Below, one piece after another: positions 25,101 through 36,424 of a DNA stretch of 64,000 nucleotides. The stretch covers positions 25,791,899 to 25,855,898 of the forward strand of contig OZ316891.1 of the NCBI GenBank assembly GCA_973895155.1, written 5' to 3'. The stretch comes from Marsupella aquatica. Lineage: Eukaryota; Plantae; Marchantiophyta. Under the pieces are notes generated by a model. The model was not told where the DNA came from, made no database searches, and saw nothing but the letters and a program-made list of their open reading frames with translations. The position numbers and the translations under genes are program-made. Position 1 is the first letter of the stretch. The number at the start of each line of letters is the position of its first letter.

Positions 25101-27173
25101 AGACAGATTGGAAGGCTGGAAAGGGAGCTTCAAAAGGCGAGGGCATCTCAAAATCTTCAGGTTAGTCCGCGACTTGAAAACTTTGATGATGCAAGGAAAT
25201 CAGAAGCAAGCAACACCTGGGAGAAAGTGATTTCAGATATGGAATCAACAATCGTTTCGAAAGATTCGCTGATTTTGGAGCTGCGATTTGAAGTTGATCA
25301 GGTCACTTGGAAATTAGAGCAAGTAGAGAAACGGTTCGAAATTTTGTTTGGGGCTCTTGACTGTAAAAAACTCGAGTTCGATTCACCGATTGCGGACTCC
25401 ATACTTGAAAACATCTTCTCTTCGGAAAAGTTGAATTCTCCAGCCCTCAATCTACTGAAAGAGAAAGTGCTCTCACGCCGGGGCCACTTTAGAAGTGGCA
25501 GTAGAGAGAAGGAGCTTGAAGGTCTCGTTGAAGACCTTGTGAAGGTTGTGGAAAAGGTAAGTTGTGACAACGAGAAACTGAGAAGTGCATGTGAAGATAC
25601 GGTGAAACATATGGAGAAGAACAAAGAGCTCCGGAAAATGGTTGAAGATCTCCAAAGCCAAATTGCTCAAGGAGGACTATCACCAAGCAGAGAAAGGCAA
25701 AACTCTTCTCAAGAAGCTCTGATTACCGGTACGTATTAGCAGCTATAACTTTCAGATCAGGTGCTATATAGGAAAAGATTTATGGTAGGTCGTAGGAACA
25801 AACATTTTCTGCAATTGGAAAAATTCATACGTGGGAAACAGAACACGACTGCAACTGATTATTTGCTCGCATAATATTCTTTGCTCCAGATCTAAAGTCT
25901 CGGCTGTCAGCTCTAGCGGAGGCCAATTCTGGACTTCTAACAGCATTGCGAGATACTGAGGACCAATGTTCAGGGCTAAAGCAAATGGTAAGGAATGATG
26001 CTTTTTGTTCGCTACAATTAATTTTCATCCTTGCAACGGAGGAGAGAAGGAAACTTTGATGTACTGCCACATTTGCTCACGGTGGATACTCATTCCGGAG
26101 CCCACAGTGGAAAGATTGTATCTGACATCCGCAGGTTAGATTGGCCTAACTTAGTATCCAAGCCAACAAATTCTCAATGAGAAAGCACAAAATCAAAGTC
26201 AATGGCCCCTCATGTCAATGACAGGTACAAGAACAATTCATAGAAGGCAATCAAAGCATGCCCAAAGAGGACAAAGAACGGTTTAGAAAGAGTACAAGAA
26301 TTTGTTTCTCTAAGGATGAGCACAGGAAGCAGGACAAGAGATTGCAAGCCCAGACAGACAAAATCGAGGAACTGGAAAAGCAATTGGCTACCGATGGTCA
26401 AGTCATCAAGGACCTCAAGGACCAGTTGGAGATAAAGGAGAGTGAACTCGATTTGATCCATGGCAAACTTTCCATCAAGTCGCTAAGAGACGATTCTGAG
26501 AATATCGAGCAGAACAAGAAAGACTTGTGGAGTTTTTCCAAAACAGATAACAGGCATGAAGATTATACGAAACAAATGCCAGAAGAGTTTTTTGACGAGC
26601 AGTATCTTGTGGAGCATGACCACGAGTTGACACGAGCAGAAAATCAAAGGCTGAGGAAGTATGTTACAGCTCTTCAAAACCCTGAGCTCCTTGACGAGAT
26701 CAGGGACCTTAAGTCTGAGTACGTAAGGATGACCAAGGTAAGTTTCACTGACGCTGATGGCAACTGCGTTACCTTTTCACAGAGGCAAACAGTCTAATAC
26801 GGATAGTGGAAAGCAGCAATTCGAAATGTTTCTCACTTTTTTAATGGTTGAGGGACACATTTGAGGGCGTGAACCTGAAGCTCTGGGGCCTTGCCATTGT
26901 AAATGCAATTCCCGTGCATACCAGATCCATCAACCGATCTCACCATGCAAACACAAAACCAGAATCTTTTGGGACACCGCGAGATCTTAGATCGGTGGAC
27001 TTGGTGTGCTGAAATCTCGAATTGCGAATAGAGTTCTTTCATAAGTGCAAGAAAAACTTGTCTAATGTCCAGTAATTTGCTTGATTCAGGTCTGTGACCG
27101 ATATGAGGAGCTCCTACGCATTTACTCCAGACAGATTGGTGTACCATTCAACTCACTGAGGAAGTCACGCTAA
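22162..27173 (+). CDS. CEP290: CEP290-like ciliary transition-zone coiled-coil protein, C-terminal ~900 aa; exons approx 22162-22374, 22772-22902, 23089-23167, 23458-23533, 23863-24091, 24345-25728, 25890-25987, 26225-26737, 27090-27173
   Basis: Phase-compatible GT-AG exon chain (23458 acceptor is weak); AQSSLKRLQRVVKEKDELI, ELEGLVEDLVKVVEKVSCDNEKLR, PELLDEIRDLKSEY and terminal YSRQIGV match remembered CEP290 motifs (AHQTIANMQARLNQKEEVL, ELEKTIGLMKKVVEKVQRENEQLK, PSFFEEIEDLKYNY, LSEQLGV). Confidence 0.75.
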
Positions 27174-27269
27174 TCTCCAGAAGTACCGAGCTCAGACAAG
27201 ACTGCACAAACGACAGGCAAGGTCACAGAGATAATAGAAAATTCTTGATTGGAAAGGGTCCGTGGGCCC

Positions 27270-29416
27270 GTATGGTACAATGGAGAGGACAAGCAACCCC
27301 AAAAAAGTTGAGGCCCACATGCTAGGGGAGCTCGACACCGTTTTCAGTTTAGCGAAAACCAATCCAGAACGTTTGTGAGTGAAGAAAGTGGAATAATGGA
27401 AAGCCCGGTTTCTCTTGGAAAAAAATATGGTATTCGTTTAGTTTTTTGGTGACCGACTTTCGCTTCTATTAACTTCGTTCAGTACCTCAACGCCTGACGT
27501 CAAGTATGATACTGGTGAGACTGGGACAACAGCAGTCTTCTATGGAATTGTTCAATCGAGGTCGCCTCCAGTACACAACGTAGGTAACACGAAAAATGAG
27601 AAGACACGGAAAGCGCACATGTTACGGACCCATCCGTGGGAGCGCATTCTGTCTGGTGAGTCACATGACTGGGCATTAGCTACTATAGTCCAGTCGTGCA
27701 AACGAAAGCCACGAAGGGGGTCCACCATACCCCGATGCCATCACGCAAGCTAATCAAATTTACCAGCCAGCGTTACAAACAGACGCGAACTAAACCAAAA
27801 TCCTTTGAGAGAATTGAAACCTGCCTACGTACAGCACCTAGGGAGAAATGTTCTCGGGTACATAAAATATTCTCGCTGGTTGGAATGTGCTCTTACCTTC
27901 GCCATTGAATTCAGTGGCTGTGGTAAGGACTGACAGGCTTCGCGCCTCCACTGACACACAATTACGTGACCAAAAAAAGAAACACCCCACCACAAATGAA
28001 GCAATGAGCGTTGCTCTTAAGGTAAGCAATTTCCAAGGTCAAATGAACGGATGCCCGTTTCAATGTAGAATGTGCCCATAGAATTTTTCAGCCTACCCCG
28101 CCACTGAGTGAATTCACTCGATCGCAGGGATTCAGTTTATCAAGCTTACTGCCACAAGGCTAGTCATGAAGGTGATTCGCGGGGTCATTACGGACTGGCG
28201 AGGCTGCCATACGTCATTACTAGTAATAGAGTTCATGGTCTCCCACAAAGCACAAAGAAAATTCTCCCAATATCGTTAGAAACAGTGGACGAGTATCAAT
28301 TGTTTGTACACTTTTCGTACTGGCGTACAATTTCGTAGCTGGGACCGAAGTATTGCAGACCTCATCACATAAAGTGAGAACGCAAACACGATAAATAGAG
28401 GATTCAGAAATCTCTAATGTAACTTTTAGTTTGGAAAGCGTGTATGCGAATAGCCAAAATGGCTACGAGTAAGTCTGTCCCCGGGGACACCAAGAATTAG
28501 TGTCATTCATTAAACTCTCTCTGAAACCATCGTCCACATGAGAAAATTCCTTGCCTCCTTAAATTTCAAACTGCCCTACATTGTCTACTTGTTCATTAGT
28601 CGAAGAGCCAGCCTGCAGCTGAGGCTACTAGTGACACACCAAATTTTGGACAAAAATCCTAGACTGGCAATAAGTTGGAGGGTCTGCTAAACAAATTTGT
28701 CTTGTCCTTCCACAGAACCAAGGAGAATGCTCTACCCTCACTTCCAGCAAGTTCATTCTCATGTCCGTGCTCAATCTGATAGGTTTTCCACTTCCACATC
28801 CACATTCCTTCCAACCCATGCTACCTAACCATTGCGCTTATCAACAGCAAGACCACATTCCACCTGAATTACTATTGCATCACATTAATGAAAGACCTTC
28901 CGATTCTCCTCCCAAACAAACCGACAGATAGAATGATGGCCAACCCCTCTCTGTGTCAGCATCAAACTTGGCCGTCCTTCATGTTTCGATGCGCAGTCGA
29001 ATTCCCGTTGAGATGTCAGCACCCGTTAACTTTCCGGACCTTTCTTCCTCACCTTCCTCTACGTACGTAAATCCCTCACTCTGCTACAGAATAGCCTGAA
29101 TAATTCATTAAAAAGAGAACGGGTTTCGAAGCTGAACTGCAACTTCTTCCAGATACGTAGTTTCTACGTCATCTGGCAGTTTACGCCCAAGTCCTCCGAG
29201 GGACTTGGCTTCTAAGTCCGTGGGAAACGTGACTTCAAGGTCTTCCGGGAGCTTGGGTTCAAGATCCTCAGGCAGAACTGATTCTTGATCATCTTCAGCT
29301 TTTACTTCGATACTTCTGTTCGCATCTAAAATCCTACCTGGTCAGCCTTCTCCATGGCCAACGTCCACCTTCACCTCTCTATTCCGAGCTTCGGTTCATC
29401 GAGAATTGTGGGTCCT
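27270..29416 (+). repeat. Diverged direct duplicate of 34925-36830 (BFR1/PPI-like 3' end, 3'UTR and intergenic DNA)
   Basis: Collinear blocks such as ctgtccccggggacac, ccattgcgcttatcaacagcaagaccacattccacctga and gttgagatgtcagcacccgttaac are in both copies. Confidence 0.9.
29125..29416 (-). pseudogene. Truncated, frameshifted copy of the BFR1/PPI-like C-terminus
   Basis: Translates ESVLPEDLEPKLPEDLEVTFPTDLEAK(frameshift)...EEVAVQL; no upstream part of the gene. Confidence 0.8.
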
Positions 29417-30103
29417 ACTCTGTACTTTTGCTGTACATTTTCAAAAGTGGTACACATAATCTGAAGGGTACAGGTTCCAGCTTTCACATCCCACCGCAAT
29501 TGAGTTCACTTCGTTGCGTCATTCATTATTTTCTGTGTGTCTCTCTATCGAGTGCGGCTTTCCCTGTTCGACTATTCCGGTCAAGGCATAACCAGGAGAT
29601 GAGACATTGAAGATGGTGCTGGAGTTTATGATTGACCAGGATCGGTAATGGAGCCTGTGAGGTATGTCCTCGCTTCTTTTTCCATCATCGCTTTCATGAC
29701 TAGTTTACAGAACTCGCAATGTTTATCCAGAGTGTGACAAACGCGAGGCGATGTCACAGGGCTTGCCGAAATTGGAATGGTGGTCTTCGAATCAATGGAC
29801 TACTCAGTAGGTTTTGTACTCGGGGCTGTTGAATAGGAATTGGCGATGTCAACAAATCTAATCCGTGCCTTTCGTTAGATCCCGTTCGACAATTCCCCGC
29901 GTATGCAGCTGACTTTAAGTACAGCCTCGCACTAATCTCTGAGGGGCTTAACTAGAAATTGTGTCATCGGTCGTTTGAAGTTTTGATTTTTGTCAGTATG
30001 TAGCTAGAAATTCAGGTGATATGGTGCTGCATCCGTCTCCTGTCAGCAGTGTGGGTCTTCAGGTCTTTCACATTCGGTCGCTTACTTATAGCATGCTTGC
30101 TTG

Positions 30104-33100
30104 ATGGAATTGTTGTTGAGCAGAAGCAAATCAAGTCTTCGCTCTGCAGTAGCGGCGGGACCGGCGGATAGAAAGGCGGAGAGAAAGCCGAGTGTCCACT
30201 ACCCAAGAGACTCCCAGCTACTGCAGATTGTGCCTCCCTTGGGCTCTCGAGCTCTAAAATTCGGTGAAGAAAGTAGCAGGTCGAGTTCTGATGGTGGTGC
30301 CGGGGGCGGCGGTAGTTCACACGGTGGTGTTGGGGGAGACGGGAGCGCTCATGGTGCTGGTACTGCTGCTGCTGCAGGAGGAGAAACTGGAAATCGAAAC
30401 TCGAAAGGGAGAGTTGCTTCGTTGCGAGACCAAGCTGCGTTTGATTTTAACGACGTCGCGGACGACTTAACTCCGTTATCGGAGACACTCCAAAACCGGC
30501 TCGATTTCAGTGTCGTGTTCGGGACCCAGTCGAGGTACGAAAATGAGGATTACTCGGATGAGCCCGGTCTTCCACGTCGAGGCCAAAAGCAAACGAAGCA
30601 GCAGATGCGAGAGGCCAGAGCTCCCGAGCAGCGAATCACAATATTTGCCTTTCGGCTTGCACTCATCGAGAAGGCCGCGAGTGGGCTGGGTACCATAGCC
30701 TTTGTATGGGCTACAGTAGTCCTATTGGGAGGGTTTGCATCGGCCGCTGGAGTCACTGATTTCTGGGTGGTCACAGTAATCATCCTGGCCGAAACCTCCC
30801 GCATATTCAGTCGGAGCCACGAGCTCGAATGGCTGCATTTGTCCCCAAAGTCTGCTGGTTTTATGGGCTTCACTCGTATCCTCAGTCGTTGGCGATCAGT
30901 CAGTAGCCAGAGAAACAACGCGGAGTCCAAGCATGGGCGAAGTGGTCTTCGGAGGTCAATGCATGCTCCCGGTAGATTTTTACGGAATGGAAGCCCTAAA
31001 AGTCCTGAATCTGCGGAGTCAGACCTGAGGACTCCCACCACCTCTTCCAGTGTCAGCTCGAGGCACAATAGTCAACAAGTTGCTGCAATTCTTCCCATCT
31101 CAGCCCCGAGAATCTCTCTGCCGGTCCATCGTGACCTAGACCAACAGAAGAGGACGTGGTCTCTTCCCACCCTTCCTCTTCTTCCTTTCGCAACTAGTAT
31201 TTTCACCACGAAGCTGGTGAGTCGGGTTCTCTACTTTGCGCAGATTGGCTCGGCCATGCTCAGCATAGGTTTATCGCTATGGAGGCTTCAAGATCAAACG
31301 TTTTATAAAGCGCGAGATCCCTTACCGAACGTCGGTTTGTCTTTCAACGTCTTCTACGTGCTCGCTGTTCTAGAAGCTGGACTATTCCTGTTGGAAAAGG
31401 TCTATTGGGAATATGTAATGAGGTATAAGAAAGTCCTGGATCGAGTGTGCGCGGACGAGTACGTGGGATCTGAGAATGCGGAATTGGTGGAGCAGTTTTT
31501 CTACGATGTGTACGACGAATCCTTGAAAGGAAGTGTATTCGATGGACTGGACATGGATCTGGTGAAATTCAGCATTTCCTGGCTTCAGAAAGAGAGTTAT
31601 AGTCAGCAATTGGCAGGGGCCCGACTTCTGAACAAGTTCGTTTCGAGAGGTGATAAATTTCGAAACGATAGGTTTGCCTCGGATGCTTTAAGGAGGTTAG
31701 GGACCACGCCAACCATCATAGAGAGGCTCGTTGAGATGTTGTCGTGGGGCTCCAGACATGAAGAGATGCTGCTCCGTGAGGTTGCTACCATAGTTTGTCG
31801 CCTGGTTGTTTACAATCGAAACTGCGCCAGATTCGTGGCAGTCCCTGGAGCTATGGACGGAGTTGTGTCTCTCCTATTCCCCCACAGCACCACATACAGC
31901 AATCCTCGTGGCAGGGGCATGAATTCTTCTACGTCGTCGTACTTTCTTCGGACGATGGGGCTACGTATACTCAAATATCTCTGCAAAGATCACAAAAACA
32001 GCCTGAAGATCGGCGAGACCAGGGGTCTTCTGTCAATCTTAATGCTGTTCGTTGAAGTCAGGGGGGTGTCCTCGTTCGAACCTCACGATGACTTTGATCT
32101 TGATGCAGTCAGGTGTCATCTCAAAATCTACAAAAAGACTCTACAGGTGCTCGTCATGTTGGCCAGTGCCACCAACACCTCCGGGGGGACTCTTCGAAAT
32201 CGGATAGCAAAAATCGTTTCAGGGTTGAAGAACTTGCGGGATATGATCGAGTTCGGATGCGACCAACCAGAACTGCAACGGTATTCTATTGAGGTTATCT
32301 ACCATCTAGCCATGGAGGACGACGTAAGGAAAATGATTGGAGCCACAGGCGGCCTCATGCGCAACCTCCTTGACCTCTACAAGGACTATCGATCGGTCGA
32401 AGATGCGGCAATTGAAGGTAACGAGACCCTAAAAGAGAAGAAAATCAGAGACTTCAGAAAATTAGCAGCCGTGATGGCAGGGCAGACTCTCACCAGACTG
32501 GTTCTACAGAACGAAAAGAACTGTAAGAGATTGTTGGAGTTGAAAGATGAAAAGAGCAAGGAAAAGACCTTGGTCCCTGTCATGGTTAGCGCTCTCTCAA
32601 ACCGTGAGGATAAGATCGCCAGTAGCGCTGCCTCGATTTTGCGCAGTGTGCTGAAGTATGCAGATGACGAGTCAAAGACAGAGATCGCTACGAAGACTGC
32701 AACATTGGTCTTCAGGCAAATTTTCTTCAGAAAAGGTTCCTTGACCAAGTCTGAAATGTACGAGGCGACTATGGGACTAGCGTCTCGTACTATACAGCCA
32801 TTAGATCAGTCCAAATATTGTGAAATCATCAAAACAGTGAACAAAGTAGAATTTGTGAACCAGCTGATAAAGAACTTGCAGCACACTCCCACCACCAACA
32901 AGTATCCCAGGATTCGCAGGTTCAGCGTGGAGCTAATTATTGCCCTCATTGAAAAAGACGATTCATTCCTCGATGCTTTTAAGAAGCACAACCTTGACCT
33001 AAAGAGTGTGCTAGAGGATACACTAGATTCCATATCCGAGGTTGAGAATTTCTGTTTATTCTCTGGATTGGTAGGCTACACTAGACACTACGAAGAAATA

Positions 33101-33181
33101 GAGGATCTTGTCCAGCGAGCCATTGCAGCTGTGGACAACTACCATCAAAGGTCCAACTCCTGTGAGGAAATAGTCCTTTAA
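30104..33181 (+). CDS. BLE2-like plant ARM-repeat protein with N-terminal transmembrane segments, intronless, about 1025 aa
   Basis: Signature APEQRITIFAFRLALIEKAASGLGTIAFVWATVVLLGGF...DFWVVTVII..E.SRIFSRSHELEW, FFYDVY, QLAGARLL, IERLVEMLSW, YPRIRRF, terminal SEVENF.LFSG.VG. Confidence 0.85.
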   Translation: MELLLSRSKSSLRSAVAAGPADRKAERKPSVHYPRDSQLLQIVPPLGSRALKFGEESSRSSSDGGAGGGGSSHGGVGGDGSAHGAGTAAAAGGETGNRNSKGRVASLRDQAAFDFNDVADDLTPLSETLQNRLDFSVVFGTQSRYENEDYSDEPGLPRRGQKQTKQQMREARAPEQRITIFAFRLALIEKAASGLGTIAFVWATVVLLGGFASAAGVTDFWVVTVIILAETSRIFSRSHELEWLHLSPKSAGFMGFTRILSRWRSVSSQRNNAESKHGRSGLRRSMHAPGRFLRNGSPKSPESAESDLRTPTTSSSVSSRHNSQQVAAILPISAPRISLPVHRDLDQQKRTWSLPTLPLLPFATSIFTTKLVSRVLYFAQIGSAMLSIGLSLWRLQDQTFYKARDPLPNVGLSFNVFYVLAVLEAGLFLLEKVYWEYVMRYKKVLDRVCADEYVGSENAELVEQFFYDVYDESLKGSVFDGLDMDLVKFSISWLQKESYSQQLAGARLLNKFVSRGDKFRNDRFASDALRRLGTTPTIIERLVEMLSWGSRHEEMLLREVATIVCRLVVYNRNCARFVAVPGAMDGVVSLLFPHSTTYSNPRGRGMNSSTSSYFLRTMGLRILKYLCKDHKNSLKIGETRGLLSILMLFVEVRGVSSFEPHDDFDLDAVRCHLKIYKKTLQVLVMLASATNTSGGTLRNRIAKIVSGLKNLRDMIEFGCDQPELQRYSIEVIYHLAMEDDVRKMIGATGGLMRNLLDLYKDYRSVEDAAIEGNETLKEKKIRDFRKLAAVMAGQTLTRLVLQNEKNCKRLLELKDEKSKEKTLVPVMVSALSNREDKIASSAASILRSVLKYADDESKTEIATKTATLVFRQIFFRKGSLTKSEMYEATMGLASRTIQPLDQSKYCEIIKTVNKVEFVNQLIKNLQHTPTTNKYPRIRRFSVELIIALIEKDDSFLDAFKKHNLDLKSVLEDTLDSISEVENFCLFSGLVGYTRHYEEIEDLVQRAIAAVDNYHQRSNSCEEIVL

Positions 33182-33260
33182 GGTTCTCTTTTCATCCTGG
33201 CTGCATCAAGTTCCGTTCTAAGATACTTCGACTGAAGCTCAGTCCTCGCTGACTCTCTCT

Positions 33261-34052
33261 GTGAGTTGAATGGCACACCAATCTGTCTAAGAGTATATGC
33301 TTAGGAGCTCCTCATATCGGTTGCATACCTAAATCAAGCAAATTACTGGACATCCGACAAATCCGACAATTGCACTTGCATAAGAAGTCAATTCGCAAAG
33401 GATTGCAGTTCGAGGTTCAGCAAACCAAGTCCACTGAGAGGGCAACATCCACAGATTACCAAAAACTCGGAGTGTACAAAAGATTTTGGGTTGGTGTTTG
33501 CATGTGCTGAGATCGGTTGATGGAGCCCCGGTTGGTGTGCAAGGGAATTGCCTCGACAATGGAATGGCCAAGAGAGCTTCAGGCTCACGCCCTAAAATGT
33601 GTCCATCAACCATTAAAATAGTGAGAACAATTCGTCTTGGTGCTTTCCGCCATCCAATCCGCTGCGAAAGGGCAACGCATTTGCCATAAGTGTTAGTGAG
33701 ATTTACCTTGGTCATCCGCAGGTACTCAGACTAAAGGTCCCTGAACTCATCAAGAAGATCAGGATTTTGAAGACCTGTAATATACTTCCTCAGCCTTTAG
33801 TTCACTGCTCGTGTCAACTCGTCGTTATGCTCCACAAGATACTACTCGTTACAAAACTCTTCTGGTATTTGTATTGTAGAATCTTCATGCCTGTTATTTG
33901 TTTCGGAAAAACTCCACACTCTCTTTTGCTCTCCACGATATTCTCAGAATCATCTCTTAGATGGAAAGTTTGCCGTGGATCAAATCAAGTTCATTCTCTT
34001 TTATCTCCAAGTGTTCCTTGAGGTTCTTCATGACTTGACCATCGGTAGCCAA
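33261..34052 (-). pseudogene. Inverted copy of the last two CEP290-like exons plus intron (source 26384-27156)
   Basis: Reverse complement aligns by eye (about 9 differences in the 92 nt matching 27065-27156); AAG to TAG stop near 33731 and indels. Confidence 0.9.
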
Positions 34053-34062
34053 CAGCTTATTC

Positions 34063-34517
34063 CTCGGTGAAGACCTTGTGAAGGTTGTGCAAAAGGTAAG
34101 TTGTCACAACGAGAAACTGAGAACCGTATGTGAAGATAGGGTGAAACATATGGAAAAGAACAAAGAGTTCCTGAAGGTGGTTGAAGCTCTCCAAAGCCAA
34201 ATTGCTCAAAGGCGAACTCTCACCAAGCAGAGAAAGGCAAAACTCTGCTCAAGAAGCTCTGATTATCGGTACGTATCACAGCTCTATCATTCAGATCGGG
34301 TGCCAGATAGGTAAAGGTTTATGGTTGGCATTAGGAATCAACACCACACAATACATTTGCTTCAGCTGAAAAAAATTCTCAACATGGAAACAGAACACCA
34401 CTGCCACTGATTATTTGCTCTCATAACATTCTTTGCTCCAGATCTGAAGTCTCGACTGTCAGATCTGGCGGAGGCCAATGCTGGACTTCTAACAGCATTG
34501 TGTGATACTGAGGACCA
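34063..34517 (+). pseudogene. Direct copy of CEP290-like exon-intron-exon segment 25524-25967
   Basis: gaagaccttgtgaaggttgtg...gatactgaggaccaa is collinear; frameshift near 34213. Confidence 0.9.
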
Positions 34518-34866
34518 AGTTCAAATTTCGTCAAAGACGTTCTCTAGTGTCCAATCTATTATCTGACAAAGGTTGAGACTTTTCTGAGATCGTGGAAAAC
34601 CTGCATGGTGAAGGTGCCCTGAGTAGTTTGGACATGACCAGCCACTTATCACCGATTAAACGAACTGAAACAGGTTGCTAGCTGCGTTGAGATAAATCAC
34701 ATTTCAATGAAATTTTAATGGTGCTATCTGAGTCTTATTTAGAGGTTCTGCGAAGCCCATCCTGGATTTGCCAATCCTGCCAATTCATCCAAGCTTAATT
34801 ACGAGTTCAGAAAGGTAAGGTTAGTCAACGTGCCAGCTAATCAAAGCTTAAATTAGAGCTCAGAAA

Positions 34867-34901
34867 GGTAAGGTAAGGTAAGGTAAGGTAAGGTAAGGTA
34901 A
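34867..34901. repeat. (GGTAA)7 microsatellite
   Basis: Direct read. Confidence 0.95.
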
Positions 34902-36424
34902 GCTACTAATCGGAAAATGGCACGATATGGAACAATCGAGAGGACGGTATAAACACCCAAGAAAAGTCGAGGGCCACCTGGTAATGGAGATTGACACCAT
35001 TTTTTAGTTTTGCGAAAAGTAATCCAGAACACTGATTGAAGAAATTGGAATCCTAGAGGCCCGGTATCTGTTGGGAAAATGGGGTGTTTCTTAACCTTTT
35101 CGGTGACCAACTGTCACTTCTTTCAAATTCGTTTCAATACCTCGATGCCTATTGAATATATAGGAATCCTGGAGGCCCGGGTTGTTTCTTTACTTTTTCA
35201 GTGACCGACTTTCAGTTCTTTCCGATTCTTTTGAGTATCTGGATGCCTAGGCGATAATGGGAAGACTAGACAACAGCAGTCTTCTGCGTGGTTGTTCAAC
35301 TTCAGTACATAGGCTAGCCAGAAAGAAAATAGACAAGGAAAGCCCGCGTGTTACCTGAACCATATGTGCATAAACAGTCTACCTACTGGATGAAACTACT
35401 CAAACCACTCCCATAGAATGAGCGCAATCCATCTGGGTGAGTCACATGACTGGCACCGGCTACGGTCGGTCGTCCACCAAACACCAGCAAGGAATGTCTC
35501 CCAAAAAGCACAAAGGGAATGTCTCCTAAAAAGCACAAAGGGGATATCCCCATATCGTCAGAAACAGAGGACAAGTATTAATTATTTGTACACAATTCCC
35601 AACGGGATTCAATTTCGTAGCTGGCACCAAACGTGACTCAGGCCTCGTCAAGTTTAGTGAGCAAGAAAACTGGAGATATAGGGGATTCAGATATTTCTCA
35701 TGTAACTTTTCAACAACTTAAAAAGGCGTCTGGAAAGCGCGTATGCGATTAGCCAATATGGCTTTTAGTAACTCTGTCCCCGGGGACACAAAGAATTACT
35801 GTCACTCATTAAACTCTCTGAAACCATCGTCCACATAAGCAAATTCCTTGCCTCCATGAATTGCATATACCCTACTTTGTGTTTAATGTACACTGACGTG
35901 TTCACTAGTGGAAGAGCCAGCCTGTAGCAACAAAAACGAAGAGTAACACACGAAGTCCTGGACAAAAATCCTAGACTGACCATCAAGTTGAAAGTTCTGG
36001 TAAACAAGTTTCTCTTGTTCTCCCACGGAACCAAGGAAAGTGCTCCACACTCACTTCCAGCAAGTTGAAACTCACGTCGGTGCTTAACCTGATATTTTCT
36101 TCCACTTCCACATCCACATTCCTTGCCACCTTCGCTTACCTCACCATTGCGCTTATCAACAGCAAGACCACATTCCACCTGACTATCGCATCACATTAAT
36201 CATAGATCTTCCGATTCTCCTCCCAAACAAACTGAGAGATAGATGTCCAATCCCTCTGTGTCAGCACCAAAACTTGCGGCTGGCCTTCATGTTTCGATGC
36301 CCAGTCGATTTCCAGTTGAGATGTCAGCACCCGTTAACCTTCCGGACCCTTTTCTCTCTTCCTCTACCTAAGTACATCCTCACTTGCAGCTAAAAAATTT
36401 CCTAAATAATTCATTGAAAAGAAA

